Of a stretch of 64,000 nt of DNA, positions 1 to 10,396 are shown piece after piece. This DNA comes from Terriglobia bacterium (lineage in GTDB: Bacteria > Acidobacteriota > Terriglobia > Bryobacterales > Bryobacteraceae), in contig JAIQFS010000012.1 in assembly GCA_020073145.1 (NCBI GenBank), forward strand, positions 106,961-170,960, written 5' to 3'. Within the stretch, counting starts at the first letter, position 1; every line of letters starts with the position of its first letter. Below the pieces are notes generated by a model. The model had not been told where the DNA came from. It ran no database searches and saw only the letters and a list, made by a program, of their open reading frames with translations. The translations under genes and the position numbers were made by a program.

Positions 1-834
1 GCGGCGCAGCAGAACCACGACCCCGCTCACCTCCTCGTGATTCCGAATGGCGAACGCCAGCCCGTTAGCGATGCCGGCGGCCTGCAGAGCCGCGGAGCGC
101 TTCTCGTACCCCGGTTCTTCCCCCGCTTCCGGGATCCAGCACGGCGTTCCATAAGCCAACACGCGAGTCAGTGTGCCCTTGCGCTGTTGGATGGACAGCC
201 GCAAGTTCGCGGGGCCCGCCACGGCTCCGTCCAGGCCCGCGCTGTACCACGAAGTCTGGCGGTTCAGATGCGTTCCCGCCGGATCCACCAGCCACAGTTC
301 CGCCAGGTCGAATTCCAGGGACTCGCCCAGGCAGCGCAGGGCCTTGCTCATCACATCGGCGGGACTCTCGGTGAGCAAACGTGTCAGCGCATACCGTGTG
401 GACAGGCTGTTTTCGGCGTGGCGCCGGGCGGTAATATCCTGCACCGTCATCAAACGAGCCGGCCGGCCCTCGAAAGGAATGATGCGGCTCCACATCTCGA
501 CATCGAAAACCCGCCCGGTTTTCGAGCAATGGCGCCAGATTCCCTCGGTCTCATCGGTCTGGGCGCTGGCATCGGCCCGGTGCTGTTCGAGGAAGCGCGG
601 AATGGCGTCGGCGGTCAGCAGGGCTTCGGCCGTCATGGCCAGCAACTCCGGCCGCGAGTACTCATACTTGAGCACCGCCGCATCGTTCGCCGCCAGGATC
701 CGCAAACTCTGCGCGTCACACACCCACATGGGCTGCGGATTCATGTCGAAGACCACACGGTACGGGTCCACCGCCTTCCCATCCAACGGCGGCCTGGCGG
801 GAGCGGGTCGATCGACATGAGGTGTGTTGGACAT
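1..834 (-). CDS. PAS/GAF-domain sensor protein, N-terminal part (gene runs off the left edge)
   Basis: Absent from the ORF track because no stop lies in the window. I translated the minus strand from the ATG at 834-832 and it stays open to base 1. The product begins MSNTPHVDRPAPARPPLDGKAVDPYRVVFDMNPQPMWVCDAQSLRILAANDAAVLKYEYSRPELL and continues to RLMTVQDITARRHAE (PAS-like). It then reads LEFDLAELWLVDPAGTHL...GIANGLAFAIRNHEEVSGVVVLLRR (GAF-like). It starts 32 nt after the stop of the response-regulator gene. Confidence 0.7.
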   Translation of the reverse strand, partial: MSNTPHVDRPAPARPPLDGKAVDPYRVVFDMNPQPMWVCDAQSLRILAANDAAVLKYEYSRPELLAMTAEALLTADAIPRFLEQHRADASAQTDETEGIWRHCSKTGRVFDVEMWSRIIPFEGRPARLMTVQDITARRHAENSLSTRYALTRLLTESPADVMSKALRCLGESLEFDLAELWLVDPAGTHLNRQTSWYSAGLDGAVAGPANLRLSIQQRKGTLTRVLAYGTPCWIPEAGEEPGYEKRSAALQAAGIANGLAFAIRNHEEVSGVVVLLRR

Positions 835-866
835 GACAGGGCCTCTGGGAAAGGGCGGCTGACGCT

Positions 867-1886
867 CTACGGCGATGCCTGTCCGGAAACCGGCTGGTAG
901 AGAGAGTCGCCCAGAGGCAAGGCCGGGGACGGGTCCGCCGCGTCCACCTGAGCCGCATCGCGCACCAGGTGCTCCAGGGCCGCGAAGACCCGCGCATCGT
1001 AGGCCGACTGGGTCCGCTTCATTTCGGCCAGGGCACTCGAAAACGAGAGGCCGGTTCCCACCAGTTCATCGAAATCGAGCGCGATGCGCAGCATCGAGGC
1101 GCCGAGCGCGATGGTGTATTGTTCCGGCGCCAGATCGGGCCGCATCTCCACCACTTCCTGCTGGCGATCGATGATCTGGGCGACCGTATGGAGCCGGGGA
1201 ACGCGTTCGAGCAGCTGCCGCGCCACGCGCGCCGGCGAAGGCTGTTCTCCCGAGTCATCGTCGGCGAGCGGATCGCCGGTGAAGTATTTCTTCAAAGCTT
1301 CCGGGGCCACCGAGATGCATCCGATCTGGGACAACATCGCGGCTGCTTCGAACTGCCAGGGATCTTGAACTTTCAATTCCAGTGCCAGCTTGCGCACGCA
1401 CCAGCGCAGCCGGGATGCCCGGCCGAACGCCGCCGGTTCGATGGCCCCCAGAATCTCGGTCAGCACCGCGACCGTGCCCACCAGGGTCTGCTGCAGCACG
1501 TCCCGCTCCGCCATTTGCAGGCGAAATTGCGCCAGGCCGGCCTCCAGCGTTTTCTTGAGAAGCTCGTGCGGACACGGCTTCTGGAGAAAGCGGAAGATGT
1601 TGCCGTCGTTGACCGCGTGGATCGCGGCATCTAAGTCGGCTTGTCCGGTGAGCAGAATGCGGACGGTCTCGGGCGCGAGTTCCTTGACCCGCGTCAGCAG
1701 TTCGATCCCGTTCATGCCGGGCATCTGCAGATCGGAGACCACGACGGCATAGGGGGATTCGCTAATGGCCGCCAGCGCGTCGGCGGCGCTCAACGCCAGT
1801 GCCACGCGGTAGGTCTTATACAAGGTCCGCTGTAGCGCGCTGACCAGGTGGATGTCGTCGTCTACGAAAAGAATCGTCTCGGTCAT
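867..1886 (-). CDS. Response regulator: REC domain plus HDOD/HD-related output domain with a degenerate HD position
   Basis: 339-aa ORF. REC motifs are ILFVDDD, VVVSDLQMPGMNGIELL and ILLTGQAD. The C-terminal ~200 aa resemble an HD-related/HDOD domain, but the usual HD dyad position reads SQ (AAMLSQIGCISV). Confidence 0.8.
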   Translation of the reverse strand: MTETILFVDDDIHLVSALQRTLYKTYRVALALSAADALAAISESPYAVVVSDLQMPGMNGIELLTRVKELAPETVRILLTGQADLDAAIHAVNDGNIFRFLQKPCPHELLKKTLEAGLAQFRLQMAERDVLQQTLVGTVAVLTEILGAIEPAAFGRASRLRWCVRKLALELKVQDPWQFEAAAMLSQIGCISVAPEALKKYFTGDPLADDDSGEQPSPARVARQLLERVPRLHTVAQIIDRQQEVVEMRPDLAPEQYTIALGASMLRIALDFDELVGTGLSFSSALAEMKRTQSAYDARVFAALEHLVRDAAQVDAADPSPALPLGDSLYQPVSGQASP

Positions 1887-2054
1887 TCCCGCTCCGTCAA
1901 GTGGCTGCAGATGCCGGCTGGTTCGGAGATCGGCTGGACAGACAGAGAGCTATTCCGTGAGGGAACAGGGCCGAAAATGGGTCCGCGACAAGGCGGACGA
2001 ACTAACCGGTAGAGTTGCATCGCGCCACAACAATCTGGTTTTCACACTACCGGG

Positions 2055-2072
2055 TTGTGCACAATTGCACAA
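2055..2072. promoter_or_regulatory. AT-rich inverted repeat TTGTGCA-CAAT-TGCACAA (operator or small hairpin)
   Basis: Perfect 7-bp arms with a 4-nt spacer. It lies in the 227-bp gap between the ROK kinase stop (2114) and the response-regulator start (1886). It stands out in a GC-rich background. Confidence 0.3.
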
Positions 2073-2113
2073 TCGTAACTTTTGTTAGTTAGACCTGGTT
2101 AATCCGCTTGAAT

Positions 2114-3058
2114 TCAGACTCTGGGAGCCATCGCCAGGCCGGCGGCGCCGACGATTCCGGACCGGTCTGCCACCTGCTGCTCCACCAAAGCCACGTCGCG
2201 GCCGAGCAGGCCGCGGGAGCGGGTCCAGACTTCTTCGCGGAGGGGGACCAGCAGGTCGGCGCCGGCGTCGGCCACCTGGCCTCCCAGAATGAGGAGTTCC
2301 GGGTCAAAGACATGGAGGAGTCCCGCGACGGCCGCGCCGAGTTTGCGGATGGCCTTGGAAACAATCGCGCCCGCCAGCTCATCGCCTTCCCGGGCAGCCT
2401 GAAAAATCGTGCGGCAAGTGGCCAGCTGGGGTTGGTCGCGAAAGAGCCGGGTAAGGGTGGAGTCGCAGCCGCGATGCACCGCAGACCAAGCCTCGCCCTC
2501 GATGGCCCGGGCCGAAAAAACCGTCTCCAGGCATCCCCGGTTGCCGCACGCGCAGGGCGGGCCGTCGGGCTCCACCGTGAGGTGGCCCAGGTTGCCCGCC
2601 ACGCCGCCGTGGCCGCGGAGCAGTTGGCCATTGACCACGGCAGCGCCGCCCACTCCCATACCCAAAGTCAACATCACCACGTCCTCATGGCCGCGCGCGG
2701 CGCCCCACACCATCTCCCCCGCCAGGGCCACGCGGGCGTCGTTGTCGGCGAAGACGGGCAGGTCGACCGGCAAGCCCACCAGATCGCTCAGCCGCAACCC
2801 CTGCAAGTAATGGAGAGTCCCGGGCAACCGCTCCACCTGCGTGCTGTCCGGATCGATAATCCCTTTGCAGCCCACGCCGACGCCCGCCGGCAGCGCCGTG
2901 GCCTCCAGCAGCCAGCCGATCGCCGCGTGCAGGGATGGCACGAACGTGTCCAGGTCCGGCGGCGTCGCAATGGTGCGCGAGGCCAGAATGGCGCCTTTGT
3001 CGTCCACCATGCCGGCCTTGATCTGCGCGGCCCCGATGTCGATTCCCAACACCACCAT
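2114..3058 (-). CDS. ROK-family sugar kinase (glucokinase-like)
   Basis: 314 aa. N-terminal ATP-binding motif VLGIDIGAAQIKAG. ROK zinc/Cys motif GHLTVEPDGPPCACGNRGCLE. Confidence 0.85.
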   Translation of the reverse strand: MVVLGIDIGAAQIKAGMVDDKGAILASRTIATPPDLDTFVPSLHAAIGWLLEATALPAGVGVGCKGIIDPDSTQVERLPGTLHYLQGLRLSDLVGLPVDLPVFADNDARVALAGEMVWGAARGHEDVVMLTLGMGVGGAAVVNGQLLRGHGGVAGNLGHLTVEPDGPPCACGNRGCLETVFSARAIEGEAWSAVHRGCDSTLTRLFRDQPQLATCRTIFQAAREGDELAGAIVSKAIRKLGAAVAGLLHVFDPELLILGGQVADAGADLLVPLREEVWTRSRGLLGRDVALVEQQVADRSGIVGAAGLAMAPRV

Positions 3059-3071
3059 GGAAGCGTTCCTT

Positions 3072-3875
3072 TCAGGCCCCCGCTACGCTCCACCCGCCAT
3101 CCACGCGCAAGACCGCGCCGGTGATGGACCGCGCATCGTTACTGAGCAGGAACAGCGCGGCGCGCGCCACATCTTCGGCATCCACCATGCCGTCGCTGAG
3201 CGGCTGCTTCTTCTTGAGGAACGGGCCTAACTCCGGGTGGGCTTCCGCCGGCTCGCTCGCGGGCGTGCGCGCCAACCCCGGCGCAATCACGTTAACACGA
3301 ATCTTGTGCGGGGCGTAGTAGGCAGCCATGGACCGGCTCAGGGCCGCCACGCCGCCCTTGGCCGCGGCGTACGCGTGCGTGGCGAAGTGCCGCGGCTCCG
3401 GAAAGTCATCCAGCACGCTGCCCATATTGAGAATCGCTCCGCGCTGGCCGTCCTCCCCGGCAGGTTGCTGCAGCATACGCCGGATCACCGCGCGGCTCAT
3501 CAGGAAGGGGATCTTCAGGTTGTTCGCTAGAGTAACCTCCCACCCTTCGTCGGTGCATTCGTCGAGGGGGCCGTCGCCGAAGCGGCGCCCGGACAACCCG
3601 GCGGCGTTGAACAACGCGTCCACCCGGCCGAACTTCGAGAGGCACTGGGCCACCACGGAATCGGCCGCCGTCGGAAGCAGAAGGTCGCCCACCCAGCACT
3701 CCGCGCCGGTCTCCGCGGCCAGCTCCCAGCCCGACGGCCCATCGCTCGTCGCGACCACCAGCCGGGCTCCCGCGCCGGCGGCCAATCGTACCGTCGCCGC
3801 GCCGATGCCGGTGGACGAAGTCACGATCAAAACACGGCCGCCGAAATCGGGCATTCCTTCACTGTAGCCAACCAT
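3072..3875 (-). CDS. SDR-family oxidoreductase
   Basis: 267 aa. Rossmann motif VTSSTGIGAA and catalytic YAAAKGG (YxxxK). The start could be the internal Met at 3854. It lies 13 nt upstream of the ROK gene, so the two are probably co-transcribed. Confidence 0.8.
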   Translation of the reverse strand: MVGYSEGMPDFGGRVLIVTSSTGIGAATVRLAAGAGARLVVATSDGPSGWELAAETGAECWVGDLLLPTAADSVVAQCLSKFGRVDALFNAAGLSGRRFGDGPLDECTDEGWEVTLANNLKIPFLMSRAVIRRMLQQPAGEDGQRGAILNMGSVLDDFPEPRHFATHAYAAAKGGVAALSRSMAAYYAPHKIRVNVIAPGLARTPASEPAEAHPELGPFLKKKQPLSDGMVDAEDVARAALFLLSNDARSITGAVLRVDGGWSVAGA

Positions 3876-3943
3876 CGGGGGATCCGCGCAGCCCGACTAA
3901 TTCGCTTGACATTTTCCGGCGTCATCCCTCACGCTGAACCTGG

Positions 3944-4771
3944 ATGCCCATCGCTCAGGTCATTGTCCTTGCGGTCGTGCAGGGGCTGACGGAATTCCTC
4001 CCGGTCAGCAGCACCGCGCACCTCTATCTGTCGTCGTGGCTTCTCGGCTGGAAGCCGGAGGCCCTGGATTTCGACATCGCCCTCCACATCGGCACCTTGC
4101 TGGCCGTCCTCATCTACTTTTTTCCGGACTGGATTCAGATCGCCGGCCAAGGCCTCGGCATTCGCATCGGTCACGACGAGCAGCTCAAGCACAATCACAT
4201 GATGCTGTGGCTGCTCGCCATCGGCAGCATCCCGGTGGGAGTGGCCGGGCTTGCCTTCAACAAGCAGGCCGAAGGAGCTTGGCGCAATCCCTATGTCATG
4301 GGGACCATGCTGGTGGCCGTGGGCGTCGTGATGTGGTTTGCCGAGCGCTCCGGTCGGGGACTGCGCGACCTGGGCTCCCTCAACGCGCCGGATTCGGTCG
4401 TCATCGGACTGTCCCAAGCGCTGGCCATCGTCCCGGGCACCTCCCGGAGCGGCATCACCATCAGCACCGGCCTGTTTCGAGACCTCAGCGCCGAGGCCGC
4501 CGCTAAATTCTCCTTCCTGCTGTCGACCCCGGCCATCGCCGCCGCGGCCGGCAAGGCCGTCTACGACATGCATAAGCAAAGCGGCCTCAGCGGCCTGCTC
4601 AATGCGACCTTTCTGATCGGTGTGGCCGTCAGCGCCCTCACCGGCTGCCTGGTCATCGCTCTGTTTCTGCAATATTTGCGTCGCGGCGGAATCCGCCCCT
4701 TCGCCTACTACCGCATCATTTTTGGCATAATAGTGCTTGCTCTGGCTATCATCCGTCGGCCAGCCGGATGA
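3944..4771 (+). CDS. uppP: Undecaprenyl-diphosphate phosphatase (BacA/UppP)
   Basis: 275 aa polytopic membrane protein. Motifs [15 protein letters not shown] and [10 protein letters not shown] are typical of UppP. Confidence 0.9.
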   Translation: MPIAQVIVLAVVQGLTEFLPVSSTAHLYLSSWLLGWKPEALDFDIALHIGTLLAVLIYFFPDWIQIAGQGLGIRIGHDEQLKHNHMMLWLLAIGSIPVGVAGLAFNKQAEGAWRNPYVMGTMLVAVGVVMWFAERSGRGLRDLGSLNAPDSVVIGLSQALAIVPGTSRSGITISTGLFRDLSAEAAAKFSFLLSTPAIAAAAGKAVYDMHKQSGLSGLLNATFLIGVAVSALTGCLVIALFLQYLRRGGIRPFAYYRIIFGIIVLALAIIRRPAG

Positions 4772-7140
4772 AGCTCTTATCTCCTACACCTCATCATCGC
4801 CTGAATGAAGCCACGGGACTTTTGTTGCTTTCCGTGGGAGTTGTGACTCTATTGAGTCTGGTGTCGTACCACGCCCAGGATCCCTCGTGGGACACCGCTG
4901 CCGCCGCGCGACCGTTGAACCTGGTGGGGTACCCGGGCGCCTATCTGTCCGACGCCCTCTTTCAAACCTTCGGCGCCGCCGCGTTTCTGTTCCCCCTGCT
5001 GACCCTCGTGCTGGCCTGGAAGTGGATCCGCTCGGAAGAGGTGCCGTCGGGTGCCGTGAAGGCCTTCGGTTCCCTGCTGTTTGCCGCCAGCTTCTGCGCC
5101 CTGGTTTCCTTCTTTCCGTTCCGCTTGTTCAGAGGCAGTGTGCTGGTGGGAGGAACGCTGGGGTTGACGCTCGCGCATGCGCTGTTGGATGCGCTGAATC
5201 TGGCGGGAGCCCTGGTGGCCGTCCTGACCGTGTTGGCGCTGTCGGTGTATCTGGTTTCGACTTTCTCCATTTCGATGTTGGGAGAGTGGTTTGCGCGGCC
5301 GATCGCCTGGTTCGAGCGCCGGATGGAAGCTTGGCGCCAGTTCCGGGACCGCCTGCATCAGAAGGCTGTTGCGAAGGCCGAAGCGCGCGCCCGCCAGCGG
5401 AGGGAGCAGGTTGCCGAGAGCCGCGCGCGCAAGAGAGAAAAAGCGCCGTCAGCCGAGCCCGCCCCCGCCGATCGCCTCCCGTGGGAGGCCGCTGCCCCGC
5501 AGCCGCGGCAGGAAGAGGCCGCCGCTCTCGACGAAATCCCCATCTGTCCCATCGACGACCTGCCGCTCGAGCCGGTCCGCGGAGCCGCTTTTGTGGAACC
5601 GGTTCCGGTGCGTGCTCCCGAACCCCCGGCCCCTGGCCGCCGTCTCCCGGCCCCCGTCTTTCATCTGCCCTCCACCGAACTGCTGAACGAAGCGCCCGGC
5701 CGCAACCGCTACGACGAAGAGGAACTCAAAGAAACCGCCGCGCGCATCAAGGCCAAATTCCAGGAGTTCAATGTGCTGGGGTCGGTGGTGCAGATCAATC
5801 CCGGTCCGGTGGTGACCACCTTCGAATTCAAGCCCGAAGCCGGCATCAAGTACAGCCGCATTACCAACCTGACGGAGGATTTGTGCCTCGGCCTGCAAGC
5901 CGAATCCATCCTTATCGAGCGCATTCCCGGCCGCCCCACCGTGGGCATCGAAGTGCCCAACACGCGGCGCGAGTTGATCGCGCTGCGCCAGATGCTGGAG
6001 TCGGATGAGTTCGGGCAATCGCACTCGCACCTCACGCTGCCGCTCGGCAAGGATATCAACGGCCGCATCCGCGTGTCCGCGCTCGAGACCATGCCCCACC
6101 TGCTGATCGCCGGCTCCACCGGCTCGGGCAAGAGCGTCATGATCAATTCGATGATCATGTCGATTCTGTACAAGGCCACGCCCGACGAAGTCCGCATGGT
6201 CATGGTCGATCCCAAGCGCGTCGAGCTGGGGATGTACGAAGGCATCCCGCACCTGCTGACGCCGGTGATCATCGACCCTAAGAAAGCCACCAACGCCCTG
6301 CGCAACGCGGTGCTCGAAATGGAGCGTCGGCTGCGCCTGCTGGCCGAGCTCGGGGTGCGCAACATCGATCAGTTCAACAAAAAGGTGCGCAAGCTGCAGG
6401 CCGAGCCGCGCAGCCTCTTCGCCGAGGCAGACGATACCCAGGAAGACCTCAAGCCGCTGCCCTACATCCTGATCCTCATCGACGAGTTAGCCGATCTGAT
6501 GATGCTGGAAGGCCGCGCGGTGGAGGAAAGCGTCACCCGCCTGGCCCAGATGGCGCGCGCCGTCGGCATGCATCTGGTGCTGGCCACGCAGCGCCCCAGC
6601 GTGGACGTGATCACCGGACTCATCAAGGCCAACTTCCCCGCGCGCATCAGCTTCCGCGTGGCCACGCGTGTGGACTCGCGCACCATTCTGGACGTCATGG
6701 GCGCGGAACACCTGCTGGGGAAAGGCGATATGCTGTTTCTGCCGCCGGGCTCCTCGCGCCTGACGCGCCTGCACGGCGCCTTCGTCACCGAGACCGAAAT
6801 CAACCGGGTGGTGGATTTCTGGAAGGCGCAGGCGCCGCCCGAGTACGACCAGTCCTTCCTGATCGCGCCGCCGGGCGACGACGAGGTCGCCGCCGCCGGC
6901 GAAGCCGTCAACGAAGACCAGGACCCGATGTATGAAGAGGCGGTGCGCCTGGTGCTGCAGATGGGCAAAGCGTCCACTTCGACCCTCCAGCGCCACCTGC
7001 GATTAGGCTACGGCCGCGCCGCCCGCATTCTCGACATGATGCAGCGCGATGGCATTATCGGCCCCCCCGACGGCAGCAAGCCGCGAGAGGTCCTGAAGCG
7101 CCCCGACTGGCTGCACGAAGTAGAAGGAACGTTGCGCTAG
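4768..7140 (+). CDS. ftsK: DNA translocase FtsK
   Basis: 790 aa. It has N-terminal TM helices and a P/A/E-rich linker. The motor domain carries Walker [10 protein letters not shown] and Walker [12 protein letters not shown]. The C-terminal gamma winged helix reads [21 protein letters not shown]. An ATGA overlap joins it to the uppP stop. Confidence 0.92.
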   Translation: MKLLSPTPHHRLNEATGLLLLSVGVVTLLSLVSYHAQDPSWDTAAAARPLNLVGYPGAYLSDALFQTFGAAAFLFPLLTLVLAWKWIRSEEVPSGAVKAFGSLLFAASFCALVSFFPFRLFRGSVLVGGTLGLTLAHALLDALNLAGALVAVLTVLALSVYLVSTFSISMLGEWFARPIAWFERRMEAWRQFRDRLHQKAVAKAEARARQRREQVAESRARKREKAPSAEPAPADRLPWEAAAPQPRQEEAAALDEIPICPIDDLPLEPVRGAAFVEPVPVRAPEPPAPGRRLPAPVFHLPSTELLNEAPGRNRYDEEELKETAARIKAKFQEFNVLGSVVQINPGPVVTTFEFKPEAGIKYSRITNLTEDLCLGLQAESILIERIPGRPTVGIEVPNTRRELIALRQMLESDEFGQSHSHLTLPLGKDINGRIRVSALETMPHLLIAGSTGSGKSVMINSMIMSILYKATPDEVRMVMVDPKRVELGMYEGIPHLLTPVIIDPKKATNALRNAVLEMERRLRLLAELGVRNIDQFNKKVRKLQAEPRSLFAEADDTQEDLKPLPYILILIDELADLMMLEGRAVEESVTRLAQMARAVGMHLVLATQRPSVDVITGLIKANFPARISFRVATRVDSRTILDVMGAEHLLGKGDMLFLPPGSSRLTRLHGAFVTETEINRVVDFWKAQAPPEYDQSFLIAPPGDDEVAAAGEAVNEDQDPMYEEAVRLVLQMGKASTSTLQRHLRLGYGRAARILDMMQRDGIIGPPDGSKPREVLKRPDWLHEVEGTLR

Positions 7141-7223
7141 CGCTCCCCGGCCTCCGATCCCCGAGCCCGCGTCGCGGCGGCACTCGCCGCACCCGCCAAG
7201 TCCCGTCTCCAGTTTGGCGACTA
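7041..7223 (+). repeat. Direct repeat copy A: last ~100 nt of ftsK plus ~83 nt downstream
   Basis: Recurs in the same orientation at 11378-11559. By-eye alignment gives roughly nine-tenths identity. Confidence 0.85.
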
Positions 7224-7316
7224 TACGTCCGGATGGATCAGCAAACGCTGCGCCGTGTATCGCGGGTAATCCGATCACGTCCCACATTCGGCCGGCGTAG
7301 AGCCACTGGCAACCGC

Positions 7317-9995
7317 TCAGTCGCAGCGCAGCGCCTGCATCGGGTCGAGCCGGGAGGCCCGGCGTGCGGGTAGGAAGCTCGCCAGCACCGCGATTCCAGC
7401 AAGTAGGCCGCCGGCGGCCGCCAGCGTCGGAACGTCGTACGGTTTCAAATCGAAGAGCAGGGTTGCAGCGGCGCGCCCTGCGAGCAACGCCAGCAACGTG
7501 CCAGCGATGACGCCCGCCAACACCATCCACGCGGCTTCCCGCATTACCATGCCGATTACCTGACCACGCCGTGCACCGAGCGCGATGCGAATACCGATTT
7601 CGTTGCGACGCCGCGCCGTCATGTAGGAGACCACACCGTAGAGTCCCGCCATGGCCAGCATCGCCGCAAGCAAACCGAAGAACCCGGACAGCATCGCCAT
7701 CAAGCGGTCGCGGACCAGGCCGTCCCGGATCAACGTCCGGAATGAGCTCACCTGCGCCGCCATCTCGGGGTGCCTTTCGGCCAGCAGGCGCTTCACACGG
7801 TTCACGATCACGTCCGGCGGCAAGCTCGAATGAATCAGGATCGCCGTCCGCGGGCGTGGTGCGGGGCACTGGAATGCGGGGGCAAACGTCATCGGTGGTG
7901 TGCCGCAGCGCAGGCACGCGTACTTACTATCCGGAATCACGCCGACGATGGTGTAAACGGTCGAGGGATAACCCGGCTCCTGATCGGTGCGCATCGCCAT
8001 GCCAATCGGATCGCCTCCGCCTGCATACTGGCGAACAAACGTCTCGTTGACCACCGCTACGCGCATGGCGTCTGCCGTGTCGGTGGCGCTGAAACCGCGG
8101 CCCCGAAGGAGGGGAATTCCCATAGTCGCGAAATAATCGGGACCGACCCAGGTGAACTTGGAATCTCCGTGTGCCGGACCGATTTGAATGCTGTGGGTCC
8201 AACTGCCTCCCAACAGCGGGGGATGGGTGGTCGTCGCCGCGCTGTGCACTCCCGGGACCGCGAGCACCTCCTCAACCAGTTGCTGCTGGAACTGCAGGTA
8301 GCGCTCGCGCGGAATGTTGGATTGCTGAAATCCCACGAATGCCGCAGTGACCCCTTCCTCGCGCATGCCAGGATCGAAGGTCAGCAACTTATGAAAGCTG
8401 CGCACGAAGAGCAGCGCGCCCACCAGCAGCACCAGGGAAACCGAGATTTGCGTCACCACCAGCGCGCGTTGCAGCGAGAAGCGCTCGCGGCTGGCGGTCA
8501 TTCCCCGGCCGCCGGCGCGGAGCGCGGACAGCGGCTGCAGGCGTGCCGAACGCAACATGGGAATGGTGCCGAACGCCAGGCAGGTGAGCGTGGTGACCGC
8601 TGCCGCGAACGCCAGCACACGCCAGTCGATCGCCATCGGGAGCAGGACCGCTCTGCTTTCGGTGGAAAGTGACCAGACAAGGGCGCGGCTGACGACCTGC
8701 GCAATGCCGATGCCCAGCGCCGCGCCGACCATAGCCAGCAGGACGTTTTCAGTTAGTAACTGGCTGAGCAGACGGCCGCGCGACGCACCCAGTGCCAGAC
8801 GGACACCGACTTCGCGCTCGCGCGCGCTGGCACGGGCGAGAATCAGGTTCGCCAGGTTGGCGCAAGCGATCAGCAGCACCAGACCCGTGACTCCCAGCAG
8901 CAACCAGAGTGAGGAGTCGTACTCTTCGCGCAGCGAACTGACGCCCGCGCCGGCCGGATACGCCGCGAGCCGGAAACGCCGGTAGCGGGCGACGGACTCT
9001 GAGCTGTATCCAGTGATTTCGGTGGCGGCCATAATCCCGGGACTGAGCGCCGCCAGTTCCGCCGAGGCGCCTGGCAACGATACTCCGGCCCGCAGCCGTC
9101 CCATCACCGTAACGTCAAATAGACTGCGCATCAATTCTTTGGGTTTGCAAAAGGGCAGAATGATGTCGAAATGATCACCCACTGCCAGGCCGAGGAATCC
9201 CGGCGGAGTTACCCCAGTCACCTGCATGAGCTGGCCATCGATCAGAAGCTTGGCGCTGGAGTCGATCTCGCGGCGGCCCATCTTGGTCTGCCAGTACGCG
9301 TAGCTGACCACCGCGGTGGTTGCCGGGCAGGCGTGCTCGTCCTCGGGAATCACGAGCCGGCCGCGCCACGATTCGACTCCCAGCACCTGAAAGAGGTCGC
9401 CGGAGACATAGAGCCCGTTGACGTGTTCGAGCTGGCTGCCCGAGCCCACTACGTCGTCGTTCACCGCCCAAGCGAAGATACCCGAAAATGCTTTTTGCTG
9501 TCGGTGCAGTTCTTCCCACATGGGCCGCGTCAGATCGCCGTACTGAGTGTTCACACCCATCCCTTGATTACCGCCCGCGAGCCTGATCTGCGCCAGCTCG
9601 TTCGGATTCTTGACCGGGAGCGTGCGCAGACGCACGGCATCGAGCAACTGGAAAATGGCGGTGTTGGCGCCGATGCCCAAGCCGAGCGAGATGATCGCTA
9701 CTGCCGAAAAAACGGGATTCAGGCGCAGCAGGCGCGCGCCGTGCCGCAGGTCCTGCCCCAGCCTCTCGATCCAGGCGAATGTCCGCATATCGTGCCGGGA
9801 CTCCTTAAGCGATGTCGTGTTGCCGAACTGGCGGCGGGCTTGGGCCGAGGCCGCTTCAGGCGTCATGCCCTGCCGCGTGAATCGTTCCGCCAATAGAGCC
9901 AGATGAGTGCGCGCTTCCTCGTCAAAATCCGGCTCGGCAAGCGAACCTGTGAAGAAGTTGCGCAGCTTGGCCGCTATCGCGCGCAGGCGTCCCAT
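7317..9995 (-). CDS. ADOP-type duplicated MacB/FtsX-family ABC permease (no adjacent ATPase)
   Basis: 892 aa. N-terminal cytoplasmic region reads FDEEARTHL...RRQFGNTTSLKE. Two periplasmic-domain plus 4-TM FtsX modules follow. The C-terminus is ARRASRLDPMQALRCD. It is paralogous to 39838-42447. Confidence 0.85.
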   Translation of the reverse strand: MGRLRAIAAKLRNFFTGSLAEPDFDEEARTHLALLAERFTRQGMTPEAASAQARRQFGNTTSLKESRHDMRTFAWIERLGQDLRHGARLLRLNPVFSAVAIISLGLGIGANTAIFQLLDAVRLRTLPVKNPNELAQIRLAGGNQGMGVNTQYGDLTRPMWEELHRQQKAFSGIFAWAVNDDVVGSGSQLEHVNGLYVSGDLFQVLGVESWRGRLVIPEDEHACPATTAVVSYAYWQTKMGRREIDSSAKLLIDGQLMQVTGVTPPGFLGLAVGDHFDIILPFCKPKELMRSLFDVTVMGRLRAGVSLPGASAELAALSPGIMAATEITGYSSESVARYRRFRLAAYPAGAGVSSLREEYDSSLWLLLGVTGLVLLIACANLANLILARASAREREVGVRLALGASRGRLLSQLLTENVLLAMVGAALGIGIAQVVSRALVWSLSTESRAVLLPMAIDWRVLAFAAAVTTLTCLAFGTIPMLRSARLQPLSALRAGGRGMTASRERFSLQRALVVTQISVSLVLLVGALLFVRSFHKLLTFDPGMREEGVTAAFVGFQQSNIPRERYLQFQQQLVEEVLAVPGVHSAATTTHPPLLGGSWTHSIQIGPAHGDSKFTWVGPDYFATMGIPLLRGRGFSATDTADAMRVAVVNETFVRQYAGGGDPIGMAMRTDQEPGYPSTVYTIVGVIPDSKYACLRCGTPPMTFAPAFQCPAPRPRTAILIHSSLPPDVIVNRVKRLLAERHPEMAAQVSSFRTLIRDGLVRDRLMAMLSGFFGLLAAMLAMAGLYGVVSYMTARRRNEIGIRIALGARRGQVIGMVMREAAWMVLAGVIAGTLLALLAGRAAATLLFDLKPYDVPTLAAAGGLLAGIAVLASFLPARRASRLDPMQALRCD

Positions 9996-10001
9996 GGAAG
10001 G

Positions 10002-10358
10002 TTACCTCCTCACCTGTAACACGCGGCCAATGACGCCCGCCATGAGTTCCCATTCCTGGGTTTCCCGCGCCAGTTGCTTTCGGCCTCCGGGCGAAATCGA
10101 GTAGAATCGCGCCCGCCGGTTGTTTTCCGAAGCTCCCCATTCCGATCTGATCCAGCCCTGTTGCTCCAACCGCAACAGGGCCGTGTACACCGTGCCCTCG
10201 TTCAGTTGGAGCACCGAGTCGCTGATCTGTTCGATGCGGCGAGCGATCCCGTAGCCATGCAGGGGTCCCAACACATCCAGCGTTTTCAACACCATCAAGT
10301 CGAGGGTGCCTTGCAGAATATCGGCCTTTTTGCGGCCTTTTATCTCTTCTTTGGACAT
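10002..10358 (-). CDS. PadR-family transcriptional regulator (Acidobacterial type)
   Basis: 118 aa. Winged-helix motifs are LQGTLDLMVLKTL, HGYGIARRIE and NEGTVYTALLRLEQQGWI. It ends 6 nt before the ADOP start. Confidence 0.9.
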   Translation of the reverse strand: MSKEEIKGRKKADILQGTLDLMVLKTLDVLGPLHGYGIARRIEQISDSVLQLNEGTVYTALLRLEQQGWIRSEWGASENNRRARFYSISPGGRKQLARETQEWELMAGVIGRVLQVRR

Positions 10359-10396
10359 TCCGATGGAATAGTATCACGCCACCTTTGGAATGTCCA
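10352..10396 (-). promoter_or_regulatory. Putative PadR promoter/operator: TGGACA-N17-TACTAT, flanked by the 10-bp inverted repeat TGGACATTCC/GGAATGTCCA
   Basis: Read on the minus strand: TGGACAttccaaaggtggcgtgaTACTATtccatcggaATG. The ATG lies 9 nt after the -10 box. The inverted-repeat arms are at 10352-10361 and 10387-10396. The geometry matches 39447-39489. Confidence 0.5.

Noticed and set aside
2108-3124. 338-aa plus-strand ORF. Similar antisense ORFs occur at 3929-4672, 38428-39201, 45148-45771 and 48032-49090.
   Set aside because: All lie antisense to genes with clear family signatures: ROK kinase, uppP, DUF4159, TetR and the RND permease.
7003-7917. 304-aa minus-strand ORF spanning the ftsK end and the ADOP C-terminus.
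   Set aside because: It is out of frame with both real genes and has Arg/Gly/Ala-rich composition.
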